Origin: Eledone cirrhosa
Taxonomy: Eukaryota
Length of the DNA stretch: 64,000 bases
NCBI GenBank assembly: GCA_964016885.1
Contig: OZ024753.1
Span: forward strand, 42,160,001 to 42,224,000
Direction of reading: 5' to 3'
Below, in pieces: positions 38,142 to 51,722 of this stretch. The position numbers and the translations under genes were made by a program. Position 1 is the first letter of the stretch. Every line of letters starts with the position of its first letter. A model generated the notes under the pieces. It was not told where the DNA came from. It ran no database searches and saw only the letters and a list, made by a program, of their open reading frames with translations.

Positions 38142-39105
38142 TTTCTTTATTAGCCACAGGGGCACAAAAGAAGGGGACAAATACAATAGATAGATAGATA
38201 GATAGATAGAGAGATAGATAGAGGGATAGATAGATAGATACATAGAGAGATATACAGATAGATAGATAGATAGATAGATAAATAGATATGTTTCTTTATT
38301 AGCCACAGGGGCACATAGATAGATAGATAGATAGATATATTTCTTTATTAGCCACAAGGGTGCACAAGAAAAGGGGACAATACAAAGACATGCCGGGGAT
38401 TTTACATACAGTCGTGTAAAAAAATATAAAAACAAACAATTACAACAATCGAAATCCCCCAATAGGGGGGAGGTGCCACAAATGGGTTGTTTAATACCCC
38501 GTAGATAGAACAACCCTCAACTTCAGAAGCGTGTTGTGCAAGTGCTCCTTTCTTCCTTAGAGAGATAGATAGATAGATAGAGATACAGATAGATAGATAG
38601 ATAGATATGTTTCTTTATTAGCCACAGGGGCACAAAAGAAGGGGTCAAATACAAAGGAGGAAGTTTACATACAATAAAAACATGTAAAATGTTATCACAA
38701 ATGCAATTTAAAAAGTTAGTCGATTTTCCCCAATAGGGAGAGACAGTTCATATGGGTAACACATACCCCCGAAAAAATGTGCAACCCTCAACTCCAGGAG
38801 TGCGAAGAGTTTGTACTCCTTTCCTCTCCTCCTCCTTTTCCTCAACCTACAGGCTGATATAGAGAGAAGGCCCATTCACTCGGGCCATTCTCGCCACTTT
38901 CACCCACCTTTCATAAAACTTGCTGGGGTGCAGCACCTCTCTCTCCACCCTGATTCTTCTTCCAAAGTGGTATTTGAAAAAAAAAAAATCAGTTGTTGGC
39001 CGGAGAGAAAAGTGTCTGACTTCAGCCCTTTTAACCTTGTCCACCATACAACCTCTTTCACCATAGCTATCACACAAAGGAAAACTGCCTCTCCTTCGTT
39101 TTTGA
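38142..39105 (-). mobile_element. Four nested 3' ends of an L1/Tx1-like element in a (GATA)n tract
   Basis: The minus-strand terminus TGTGCCCCTGTGGCTAATAAAGAAA (or a close variant) ends at about 38142, 38291, 38341 and 38610. The longest copy encodes ...FFKYHFGRRIRVEREVL...FYERWVKVAR, resembling a Tx1/L1 ORF2 C-terminus. Confidence 0.6.
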
Positions 39106-39121
39106 AGATAGATAGATAGAG

Positions 39122-39216
<95 letters not shown>

Positions 39217-39288
39217 GAGATAGAGAGATAGATAGATAGATACATAGATAAATAGACAGACAGACAGTGAGACAGGAAGGTAACTTAC

Positions 39289-39563
39289 CGTTTTAGGCTG
39301 GTACTCATGGCCTTCATATTTTTGGAAGTCGGCCCCCGAGGTATGGCTGGAGAGTCGTTACTCGTACTAGCAGTACCATCATCTATGGTAGCACCATCAC
39401 CAGTAGCGACAGCACCACCACCACCACGTACAGACGATGTTGTTGTTGGTGTTGTTGTTGTTAACCTTCTCCCACGACCACCACCGCCGCCACCACTGTG
39501 TCCACTGCGGCTAGGACCGCTGGTACTGGCACCACCTCGGTCATTATTCGAAGACATCTTCAT
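39289..39563 (-). CDS. UBE2E: UBE2E-type ubiquitin-conjugating enzyme, coding exon 1 (Gly/Ser/Thr-rich N-terminal extension)
   Basis: ATG at 39563 (MKMSSNND...AMSTSLKR), phase-2 donor CG|GTAAGT at 39289. An upstream acceptor tttctcttttccag|G at 39745 implies 5' UTR within this exon. Start codon choice (39563 or 39557) is uncertain. Confidence 0.85.
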
Positions 39564-39934
39564 CAATTTAATTTGTTTATTGTTCACCACTGCCGCCACC
39601 GATCAATCGATCGATCGTGTGACCAGCACCACACCACAGCACTGCTACACCACCACAACACTGCTACAACACCACCACACCACTACAACACAAGAAAGGC
39701 AGTGGAGCAAGGAGGGGAAAAAAAAAAAAACAAAGCACCTCCAACCTGGAAAAGAGAAACAAATAAAGAACAGAATTAGTTTCATGAACTGATCATGTAT
39801 GAACACCACCACACCATTACATCACCATCACACTGCTACACCACAACACCAACAGCACCACTACCACCACATTGCTACCCCACTATCATCATCACACTGT
39901 AAAGTGGTTGGCATTACAGAGTGGGCCAGGTGCT

Positions 39935-41570
39935 TTTTGTTGTGTCACCAACACAACCACTTAACAGGGTGGACTGAGTACTTTATGTTGTGTCACCACT
40001 GCAACCACTTTACAGAGTGGACTGAGTACTTTTTGTTGTGTCACCAACGTGACCACTTTACAGGGTGGACTGAGTACTTTTTGTTGTGTCACCAATACAA
40101 CCACTTTACAGGGTGGACTGAGTACTTTATGTTGTGACACCACTGCAACCACTTTACAGGGTGGACTGAGTACTTTTTGTTGTGTCACCAATGCAACCAC
40201 TTTACAGGGTGGACTGAGTACTTTATGTTGTGTCACTAATGCAACCACTTTACAGGGTGGACTGAGTACTTTTTGTTGTCACCAACGTGACCACTTTACA
40301 GGGTGGACTGAGTACTTTCTTGTGTCACCAATGCAACCACTTTACAGGGTGACTGAGTACTTTTTGTTGTGTCACCAATACAACCACTTTACAGGGTGAC
40401 TGAGTACTTTTTGTTGTGTCACCAATACAACCACTTTACAGGGTGGACTGAGTACTTTTTGTTGTGTCACCAATACAACCACTTTACAAGGTGACAGTAC
40501 TTTTTGTTGTGTCACCAATACAACTACTTTACAGGGTGACTGAGTACTTTTTGTTGTGTCACCAATACAACCACTTTACAGGGTGACTGAGTACTTTTTG
40601 TTGTGTCACCAATACAACCACTTTACAGGGTGGACTGAGTACTTTATGTTGTGTCACCAATACAACCACTTGACAGGGTGGACTGAGTACTTTATGTTGT
40701 GTCACCAATGCAACCACTTTACAGGGTGGACTGAGTACTTTATGTTGTGTCACCAATACAACCACTTGACAGGGTGGACTGAGTACTTTATGTTGTGTCA
40801 CCAATGCAACCACTTTACAGGGTGGACTGAGTACTTTATGTTGTGTCACCAATACAACCACTTTACAGGGTGGACTGAGTACTTTATGTTGTGTCACCAA
40901 TACAACCACTTGACAGGGTGGACTGAGTACTTTATGTTGTGTCACCAATGCAACCACTTTACAGGGTGGACTGAGTACTTTATGTTGTGTCACCAATACA
41001 ACCACTTTACAGGGTGGACTGAGTACTTTTTGTTGTGTCACCAATACAACCACTTTACAGGGTGGACTGAGTACTTTATGTTGTGTCACCAATACAACCA
41101 CTTGACAGGGTGGACTGAGTACTTTATGTTGTGTCACCAATGCAACCACTTTACAGGGTGGACTGAGTACTTTATGTTGTGTCACCAATACAACTACTTT
41201 ACAGGGTGGACTGAGTACTTTATGTTGTCACCAATGCAACCACTTTACAGGGTGGACTGAGTACTTTATGTTGTGTCACCAACACAACCACTTGACAGGG
41301 TGGACTGAGTACTTTATGTTGTGTCACCAATGCAACCACTTTACAGGGTGGACTGAGTACTTTTTGTTGTGTCACCAACACAACCACTTGACAGGGTGGA
41401 CTGAGTACTTTATGTTGTGTCACCAATGCAACCACTTTACAGGGTGGATTGAATACTTTATGTTGTGTCACCAATACAACCACTTTACAGGGTGGACTGA
41501 GTACTTTTTGTTGTGTCACCAATACAACCACTTGACAGGGTGGACTAGATATTTTTTGTTGTGTCACCAA
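39935..41570. repeat. 48-bp minisatellite (about 34 units)
   Basis: Unit CAACCACTTTACAGGGTGGACTGAGTACTTTATGTTGTGTCACCAATA, related to the SINE segment CAACCACTTTACAGAGTG. Confidence 0.95.
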
Positions 41571-41659
41571 CAAGACCATATATATTACCCTTTTATCTTT
41601 TCCAGTCAACTGACTGAGGCCATGCTGGGGCACCAACATTGTCAATACACTCTGTAGCT

Positions 41660-42290
41660 ACCATTCCTTGGTTGGCCATTGATGTAAGAGGGAGTTTGTA
41701 GCTGCTGCCCTTATTTGTACTTCATTTCACGCTGTGTGGTTAGAGTTATCTTGGATGTTGAGAATTATATTGAAAACATCTACATCCATCCCTTGTAGAT
41801 GTCTCAGATTTTTAGAGCTAGGGGCTTTTGAACCCCAGACTATTGTAGTATCTGGCCCTCACTCTAGATGCAACTAATGGAACCTTTAGCACCACACAGT
41901 GGTGTCCTGTTTGAGGGTTACTCCAGCTCTCAATGCCAAAGGTTGGTGTCAGTCCTTCCATATGTATATCACTGTATCCTTCATGTCTTCATCCCAAGGA
42001 ATAGAGTCTAGTTCTTTCAGCCTCTCCCAGTATCTCATCTGTTTCACTGAGGCAATCCTCTTTGTGTAGCTTCATTGGATTGCTTCAAGTTCTGCAGTTA
42101 GTTTGGCACTGTGGGGTGACCACCGCTGAGATCAATGAGCCAGTCAGCTGAAGATAAATGTCCTTCAGTGGACCAACATGGTTTCCCAGTCTCTTGTCCT
42201 GAAAGTCCTTAGAATCCAGCCATCCTGTTGTCTGCCCATTGCTGCCATTTCCCTGATGAGAGCATGAAACGATGCATCATTGCTCATGTC
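41660..42290 (-). mobile_element. Degenerate CR1-like LINE fragment
   Basis: GWILRTFRTRD.ETML segment and downstream decayed CR1-type C-terminal coding sequence. Confidence 0.65.
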
Positions 42291-42395
42291 GATACTTGGG
42301 TACCATGTTGATTTTGATTCCTCCTGGTCTGGTATAGCTTTGTTATAATGGCCTTGTGGTAGCAGGTTGATAGCAAAGAGATCAACATTTTCCAG

Positions 42396-42445
<50 letters not shown>

Positions 42446-42599
42446 TGTAATAAACAACATAAGGCAATTATTCCATTTACCAGTGGTTTCTTAAAAGCAA
42501 AAAATTTTGCTTTCAATCCTCAGAATGAAAAAATCTTGGTCTGTTTATTGAATTTAGAGCACTCTTTTTTCCTGGACTTTTCCGACAGAATTACTTCAT

Positions 42600-42627
<28 letters not shown>

Positions 42628-42630
<3 letters not shown>

Positions 42631-42961
42631 AAATAAAGTGTCTTGCTCAAGGAAACAACACATCACCCGGTCTGTGAGTTCAATTCTCAGACCGGGTGAT
42701 GTGTTGTTTCCTTGAGCAAGACACTTTATTTCACATTGCTCCAGTTTACTCAGCTGTAGAAATGAGATGATAGGGACCGGGGTCCATATCATTCCACTGT
42801 AAAGTGGTCGTGCAGGTGCCACGGCAAAAAAGCACCCAGCACTCACTGTAAATGAGGTTGGTGTTAGGAAGGGCATCCAGCTGTAGAAATCAAGCCAGAA
42901 TCAGTTCCCGTCCCACCCTTGCAAGCAGGGAAAAGCGGATGCAAAATGATGATGATGATGA
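42628..42961 (+). mobile_element. SINE family 1 copy, 5'-truncated with an inverted 5' segment
   Basis: Body at about 42674-42961; 42628-42674 is the reverse complement of about 42687-42733. Confidence 0.85.
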
Positions 42962-43293
42962 TATATATATATATATCTATATATATACACACTGTTGTAT
43001 AGAAAATATTGCAATAGGTTATTGGTTCAAGCAGCTTCAGCAATAATTCATAGCATCTATTCTCTTGTTAGTAACCAATTCATATTTAAATATATATCTG
43101 TCTTGTACATACACAAATATACATATGTATATATACATGTATATATACATGTGTGTGTATATATATATATATAAATATATAAAGACAGATATATATTTAA
43201 ATATTAATTGTTTACTAACAAGAGAATAGATGCTATGAATTATTGCTGAAGCTGTTTGAACCAATAACCTATTGCAATATTTTCTATACAAGA

Positions 43294-43344
<51 letters not shown>

Positions 43345-43545
43345 CCAGATAATAGATAGCTTTATATATATTTATATATATATCAACAGATAGTAAATAG
43401 ATTGTATATGTTTACATAGAAGATGACAGTTTATATATAATAGTGTATATGTTTATATACCAGATAATAGATTTACATACCATATATATATGTATATATA
43501 TATATACCAGTACATTGTGTACCATATTTACATAGATATACAATA

Positions 43546-43578
<33 letters not shown>

Positions 43579-43753
43579 AGATAATAGATTTACATACCAT
43601 ATATATATGTATATATATATACCAGTACATTGTGTAGCATATTTACATAGATATACAATAGTATATATATATACCAGATAATAGATTTACATACCATATA
43701 TATATATATATACACCAGTACATTGTGTAGCATATTCACATAGATATACAATA

Positions 43754-43794
<41 letters not shown>

Positions 43795-43946
43795 AGATAA
43801 TAGATTTACATACCATATATATATATATATATACACCAGTACATTGTGTAGCATATATATATATATATACACCAGTACATTGTGTAGCATATATATATAT
43901 ATATACACCAGTACATTGTGTAGCATATTTACATAGATATACAATA

Positions 43947-44001
<55 letters not shown>

Positions 44002-44021
44002 AGATAATAGATTTACATACC

Positions 44022-44052
<31 letters not shown>

Positions 44053-44091
44053 CCAGTACATTGTGTAGCATATTTACATAGATATACAATA

Positions 44092-44127
<36 letters not shown>

Positions 44128-44174
44128 CTATATATATATATATATATATATACCAATATAATAGCTTATACACC

Positions 44175-44211
<37 letters not shown>

Positions 44212-44459
44212 AGTGAACAGTGGTGTATAATAGTTCATATACCATATATATTTATATATATATATATATATACACAATAGTAGTGTATATATTTCTATAT
44301 ACATGATGATAGTGTATATAAATGTTTATTATCAGTATTCTAAGCTGTATAAGTTGTGACATTCGTGTTTATTTCAAAATGTTTTAAACGACGTAAAAGT
44401 CTGCTACTGCCGGAAATACATTATACTAAAGTGCACTGAATGTCGAGTGCTGCTTTTAA

Positions 44460-45690
44460 AGAAGGCATCAGGGCCACTACATCACTGATTGGTGTCAGTA
44501 GAGGCTTGGAGTGAGGCATCAGAGCCACTACATCACTGATTGGTGTCACTAGAGGCTTGGAGTGAGGCATCAGAGCCATTACATCACTCTTTCATGCCAT
44601 TAGGCCACTACATCAGTTTCATGTCATTGAAGGCTTTGAGAAAGGCATGAATGCTCCTACATCATCGATTCACATCACTGAAGGCTTAGAGCGAGGCATC
44701 AGGGCCACTACCTCATCAATTCACATCACTGAAGGCCTGGAGCGAGGCATCAGGGCCACTACCTCATCAATTCATATCACTGAAGGCCTGGAGCGTGGCA
44801 TCAGGGCCACTACCTCATCAATTCACATCACTGAAGGCCTGGAGCGAGGCATCAGGGCCACTACCTCATCAATTCACATCACTGAAGGCCTGGAGCGAGG
44901 CATCAGGGCCACTACCTCATCAATTCACATCACTGAAGGCCTGGAGCGAGGCATCAGGGCCACTACCTCATCAATTCACATCACTGAAGGCCTGGAGCGA
45001 GGCATCAGGGCCACTACCTCATCAATTCATATCACTGAAGGCCTGGAGCGTGGCATCAGGGCCACTACCTCATCGATTCACATCACTGAAGGCCTGGAGC
45101 GAGGCATCAGGGCCACTACCTCATCGATTCACATCACTGAAGGCCTGGAGCGAGGCATCAGGGCCACTACCTCATCAATTCACATCACTGAAGGCCTGGA
45201 GCGAGGCATCAGGGCCACTACCTCATCGATTCACATCACTGAAGGCCTGGAGCGAGGCATCAGGGCCACTACCTCATCGATTCACATCACTGAAGGCTTA
45301 GAGCGAGGCATCAGGGCCACTACCTCATCAATTCACATCACTGAAGGCCTGGAGCGAGGCATCAGGGCCACTACCTCATCAATTCACATCACTGAAGGCC
45401 TGGAGCGAGGCATCAGGGCCACTACCTCATCAATTCACATCACTGAAGGCCTGGAGCGAGGCATCAGGGCCACTACCTCATCAATTCACATCACTGAAGG
45501 CCTGGAGCGAGGCATCAGGGCCACTACCTCATCAATTCACATCACTGAAGGCCTGGAGCGAGGCATCAGGGCCACTACCTCGTCATTTCACATCACTGAA
45601 GGCCTGGAGCGAGGCATCAGGGCCACTACCTCATCAATTCATATCACTGAAGGCTTGGAGAGAGGCATGAATGCCACAACATCACCGATT
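44460..45690. repeat. 51-bp minisatellite (about 20 homogeneous units with diverged edges)
   Basis: Unit AGGGCCACTACCTCATCAATTCACATCACTGAAGGCCTGGAGCGAGGCATC. Confidence 0.95.
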
Positions 45691-45988
45691 CCTCTCAATC
45701 TCTGTTCCAGGAAACATCTTAGACAAGACATAATAATTAACATGCGTTTTTTTTATGTAAATATTTGTAGAGTAAAAAAAAAAAAAATTGATTAAATAAT
45801 AAATTATCTGAATTACGATATTTCTTAGAATTTATAAATAGTTAAATATATTTTGACTCCCAGTTCGTTGATGTTGGAGGGTTTTCGGGGGAAAGGCATG
45901 AATGCTGCAACATCACCCATTGCTTCTTTCCTCTTTCTTTCTCTCTGTCTTCTCTGGAACATCTTGTAAGATTTACATGCCTAGAGGC

Positions 45989-46024
<36 letters not shown>

Positions 46025-46485
46025 ATGTATATATATAATGTATATATATAATGTATATATACATGGTGTTCCCGAAAAATGTATACACGCTTCAACAGCT
46101 TTCTAATAAATATGTGCATACATTTTTTTGGGACACCCTGTGTGTATGTATGTATATATATATATAGTATGTATATATATGCATATGCATATATATAATA
46201 TGTATATATATGCATATATATATATATAATATGTATATATATGCATATATATATATATAATATGTATATATATGCATATATATATATATATATTTATGCA
46301 TATATATATATATATATGCATATATATATATATATATGCATATATATATATGCATATATATATATACATATATATATATATATGCATATATATATATACA
46401 TATGTATATATATATATATATACATATGTATATATATATGCATATATATATATATGCATATATATATGCATATATATATATATAC

Positions 46486-46524
<39 letters not shown>

Positions 46525-46595
46525 TATATATATATACATATGTATATATATATATATATAGATATATACATATGTATATATATATATAATATATA

Positions 46596-46648
<53 letters not shown>

Positions 46649-47045
46649 ATATATGTATATATATATATACACACATACTATATATGTATATATATATACA
46701 CATAGTATATATGTATATATATATATATACAGTATGTATGTATAATATAATTGTTTCTATGTTATGCACAAGGCCAGCAATTACCCAGTACATTACTGGT
46801 ACTTTATTTTACCGACCCCGCAAGGATGAAAGGCAAAGTCAACCTCGGCGGGATTTGAACTCAGATCGTTTAGAAAATCTTTGTTGAGTAAACAACTTGA
46901 TTAGATTATAAATTATTCTAATTATATTGGTTCTTCCTACTCCAAATTTATAAATACATAAATATATTTCCACTTCCAGTTTATTTGTGATGTTGAAGTG
47001 TTTGAGGAAAGGCATCAATGCTACAACATCCCCGATTGCTTCCTT

Positions 47046-47076
<31 letters not shown>

Positions 47077-47113
47077 TCCCTGGAACATCTTGTAAGATTT
47101 TCATGCCTGAAGG

Positions 47114-47157
<44 letters not shown>

Positions 47158-47650
47158 TGTATATATATATAGTATGTATATATATATATATATATATAGT
47201 ATGTATATATATTTATGTATGCATAATATAATATAATAAACAAGGCTTAGAAAAGTATATTTGTTGTGTGAAAAACTTGATTAAATTATTAACATTATAA
47301 CATAATTCTTGTAATGTACGGATGGAACCAGACAAACAGACCGAAATCTAATAAAGAATTACAGGTATATAATATAATATAATATATATATATATACATA
47401 TATATATATTTATATATGTATTTATATAAGATAAGTGAGAGAGAGGGATTAATTAAATGATCTGGGAGGTTTAATAAGATGATGGAGAAGATATTTGATG
47501 GAGAGAGAGAAATCTATTCTTTTACTCATCATCAACAAAGAGTGGAAAAAAGCACACACACGATTGAATCGTTTCATTTTGAGAGGGAAGAGCCATAAAG
47601 TTGGACTGATATAGAATGGAATTATTATTAATAATAATGTCGACTTTTAC

Positions 47651-47830
47651 CTGCAAACTGTGGATCAACAACAAAATCCTTGGAGATATTTCTTTCGGTA
47701 AATTCCACACGAAAAAAAAGAGAGGAAAAAAAACTGATTAAAGAAAAAATGCGTGTAGCTTGCCAATAATGAACAAGGCTCTTACGTCGTCACTGTCTAC
47801 TGTTTGTTTATTTGGCGACCAATGAACCTA
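47651..47830 (-). promoter_or_regulatory. Candidate UBE2E non-coding first exon and promoter
   Basis: Minus-strand donor GCAG|GTAAAA at 47651 in unique sequence, with CCAAT boxes (47763, 47819) and a CRE-like TTACGTCGTCA (about 47781). It could splice to the acceptor at 39745 (inference). Confidence 0.45.
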
Positions 47831-49744
47831 GAAATATCGCTACAACTGCATATCGTATAGAAACCTACGTTGGTGAATTCTATAAAGAATTTTATCAACT
47901 GTTTCATTCATTTTAAACTGCTGGATATGTGTATAGCTACCTTATCCACTGATTAAAGATAAACTTGCAGTGGGAGGCAAAAATTAACAGCAATTATGGT
48001 CTCTCTCTAGTAGTGTAGACTTCACCACTTCTCTCTAAAAAAAAAGGGGGTATTAGCTTCATTGTGGTAATTTATCAAATCACATCTTTGCTTTTCTTCG
48101 TACTAATACATTTTTTTTTATTTGTAATAATTAAATATTATTTCTATCTATTAATATATTAAATAATATTTCGATTTAAGATGGCTATTTTGATAAATAA
48201 TTTTATTATTTTCCTTGTGTCTACAACCTTGCTCCCCTTCGCTGCAGCATCAGTGTCTGCTTGTGTCTACCATATCGAGAAGTGTGTCGGTCAACTAAAA
48301 TCATTTCAGCGCCGGTACTTTACTTTATATATATATACATTTATATATATATACACAAATATAGATATATATTAATTTATAATATAACGTGGAAAAAATT
48401 AAAGCAAGGTCGCCTTTGTTTATATTTTTATTGTAATCAAATTATTTATTTATTTTAAATAATTACGGATTTTTCCCTGTGAAAGATAAACCTACTTTAC
48501 TTAAATGTTGCGTTAATATAAAATAAAGCTGTTTATTTCTACTGGCCAAATTAAGTCCACGCGGTCTCTAAATATTTCCCCACTCTCTAGACAAGCTCTG
48601 AAAAAACGTCCAAAAACATATTTTTAAAAATATTTACTTATGTATTTTTTGTTGCTTTGGTTTATTATTTTATTATTTTCCAAATTTGTAAACACCAAAA
48701 TTATTTGACGACATTAAAATATAAAAAAAAACACATGGCCGTGTGGTTAAAGAGTTCGTTTTCCAACCACGTGGTTTCGGGTTCGCTTACTCTGTTCGGT
48801 ACATTGGGTAAATATTTTCTATAGTTTGGGGTTGGGTTAATTAATGCTATGAGATGTAAATACAAACAGAAAGCAAAGAATATGATTTAAGATGCAAAAT
48901 GTTATAACATATATGAACTTCGTCATTAAAGTGTTATTACCAGGGATAAAATAACCTCCCTAGTGTTGGTGATTTACATGATAAACGCACCCAGTACACT
49001 GTAAGGTGGTTGGTGATAGGAAGGGCATCCAGCCATAGAAATCCTGCCAAAAGCAAAAGTTGGGAGCACTTCTGCTGTGCGAAAGAGATGACAATTTGCT
49101 TAGTGCTGTTGCCTCGATAAAACTCGAGATCAGAGGTTCTGCTTGCACACAGACCAGCCTATGACGAGGTGTCCAATGCTTGCTAGCATGGAAAACGGAC
49201 ATTAAACTATAATCATATATATAATACATACAAACACAGATGTACATAAGAACCAGTAAGTTATGAAAAAATCTAATCGTATCATTTTTTGAATATTTGG
49301 TGGGGTATTTAATTAATGTAGTAAGAATTAATAATTATTACATTGTATAAATGCTTTTCTTTATTTTGTAATAAATAAAACCATCCATACACACACTGAA
49401 ATTATCTCCCTTGTCCGGAGAAAGTTGATCCATTCGGCCACCAGGTATTAAAATGTAAACAATCAGTTCTAATTCAAATTAAAGCTAACTCTTCATTCCT
49501 TCACCATATCTTTGATCACCGTCCTGATTGATTTATATCGATATGATTTATTATCATATAACAAATATATAAGATTAAATAGAGGTATATATATATATAT
49601 AGGCAAAACGGATATTCAATTTGTTGGTAATTCAACAAATATAAATGTTTATAACAGGTTCAGAGCACTCGACAAGTTTTCTGGAGTATAATATTCAATG
49701 ATATTAAATAAATGGAAACTATATTTATAAAACCATATTTATTC

Positions 49745-49798
49745 TTTTATATATATTTCAAGGGTACCAAAACTTTGGTACGCTTTCATCAGATAAAA
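49745..49798 (-). ncRNA. Minimal type I hammerhead-ribozyme-like motif
   Basis: Minus strand reads TTTTAT-CTGATGA-AAGCGTACCAAAGTTTTGGTACCCTT-GAAA-TATATA-TAAAA. The core boxes are intact, stem II is about 10 bp and stem III is a palindromic mini-stem; the stem I register is off by one nucleotide. Confidence 0.6.
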
Positions 49799-50438
49799 TA
49801 CAAAGTTTGTTTTATAAATTTTGCCATAACCAAGAAAAGATCCCTTAACGAACCAAGCGGAAATTTATAAATTTAATTTATAATAAATTGGAGTGAAACA
49901 ACTGGTGCGTGTGTTTCTTATTGGCAACATGACCCTCCCAAAGCATAACAATATATATATAAATTCAATTAATTAGTGCTAGGAACCTTATAAATATAAT
50001 AAAGACCCCCTTCGGTCACAAATGACCATGGGATTTGCACTTAGAAAATTCCCCTCTGATGCACAAGTCCGGACAAGGTGTGTTTGTGGAAGACCAGCAG
50101 TCGTCCATGCATGCAAGCAATAAGTGCGGTGCCCTTCAGTTCAAAGATCGATTTCGGTCCTATTCAAAGTGATCTTCAGAGCTGGTCTTTAACTCTTTCG
50201 TTATCCATAGCTATTTAAATTATGCTCTGAGTTAAAATCCCGTAAAGATCTACTTTGCCTTTCATCGTTTCGAGGTCGATAAAATGAGTACCAGACTGTT
50301 ACTGAGGATACTGAAGTGTGCGCCCTTACAGCTACCTAGTTGACTTTAGTGGTAGCACCGGTCCTAGGCGTGGAAGCTAAAGAACATGGGCAGATAACTC
50401 GTCGCTGTTATTGTTCGGTTGTGGTTTGTCCTTTCATT

Positions 50439-50540
50439 ATGTCAATGTTAACACGCCGTCTCCCTGTAAAATTACTTAGACATCTCCTGAGAAACAACCA
50501 CGTTTGCTCTTATGGAGTTATAACTCGACTAAACGTTAAG
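50439..50540 (+). CDS. FXN: Frataxin exon 1 (mitochondrial targeting peptide)
   Basis: MSMLTRRLPVKLLRHLLRNNHVCSYGVITRLNVK is Arg/Leu-rich with no acidic residues; phase-0 donor AAG|GTAATT. Confidence 0.78.
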
Positions 50541-51154
50541 GTAATTTATAAACAGATCTCTTTATTTACTATTCAAAATTCGATTCAGATGATGTAGTAT
50601 TTTTTAAAGCGTGTTAACTGTTCATTTATAAAACCTTGGACGCACATGTCGAAAGTTTATTAATTATTAAATTCTTGTAAATATGGTGAATGCACATACT
50701 TCGTTAGATAACATTTCCTAGAAACATATATGACTATCCTGATAAAGGTTCTCTTTTTGATTCCAAACCTCCCGAAACCGCTCGTGGTTCTATGGTACCA
50801 AGTTGTTTATTTTAAAGTGTTTATATTTATCAAAAACATTTCGTGATTATGGATTTGATTGGGTTGTTGTTGAGTTAGAAGATCTACACTGCCTCAGTGT
50901 GAGTGTGTGTCTGTGGAATATATACATATATAGCAGGAACACGAAGGAAGCAAACACCCACTGTCACTGCCCCCGTCTCTCCTGCTCTCCCCATCTCTCA
51001 CTATTATCAGCAAATGGGGGCCCACGCACATTGTGTATACCGCTACCTAGTCAACCCTTGTATTTGCTATTTTCTTTTCTTTAACCATTAAAAATTGAGA
51101 CCCTTTATGTGCTGAAAATGTCCTTTTAAAGATGCCATATATTTTATTTAATAG

Positions 51155-51234
51155 GTTCATGGATCAAATTCATCAAAGGATCTGCAGTTCTCTCACCCAG
51201 GTTCACCCCAAAATTACTGTACAGATGTTCAAAA
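51155..51234 (+). CDS. FXN: Frataxin exon 2
   Basis: ttttatttaatag|GTT... encodes VHGSNSSKDLQFSHPGSPQNYCTDVQ, then AA|GTTAGT. 80 nt; phase 0 in and phase 2 out bridges exons 1 and 3 exactly. The sequence is poorly conserved, so it is assigned by phase. Confidence 0.72.
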
Positions 51235-51722
51235 GTTAGTGAATCATGATAAGTATTTATGTTTGGTTAAAAGCAAATTTCTATGAAGAAAAATGGAACC
51301 TAGTGCATTAAGTTTATATGTGTAAGTGAGTCAGTTTATATATATATATTTGTAGTAAGGTTGCTTGGATGCGTCCATAGGCGGTATGCCAATTGAGCTG
51401 TTCGCCGGAGAAACAATTGTAATACGTCATAAATTGTGTTCCGATGCATCACTGATTTTTCGTTTTCCATATATATATAACCGGTAGATAGTTTCGGCAA
51501 TAGAAAGACGAAAGGAAAGATTGTTTCCTTGGTCCAATTTGGCTATTTCCACCTCAGTTGTTAAGCAAATGAGATCTGGGATCTTGTTCGAACTTTATGC
51601 TCTATATATTAGACGAGAGTCTGAATCATTAAGACTCTTTTCCTAATACTTCAAGCGTTAAATCAATATATTTCTTCATTGTTCTTTCTCACTTGCTGTT
51701 ATTTCTGTCTACTTTTTACATA

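Noticed and set aside
44647-45795. 382-aa ORF as a repeat protein
   Set aside because: It is a translation of a 51-bp minisatellite, antisense within the inferred UBE2E first intron, with no recognisable domain or splice context.
46092-46887. Ile/Tyr-rich ORFs here and throughout the window
   Set aside because: They are translations of (TA)n and (CATA)n microsatellites.
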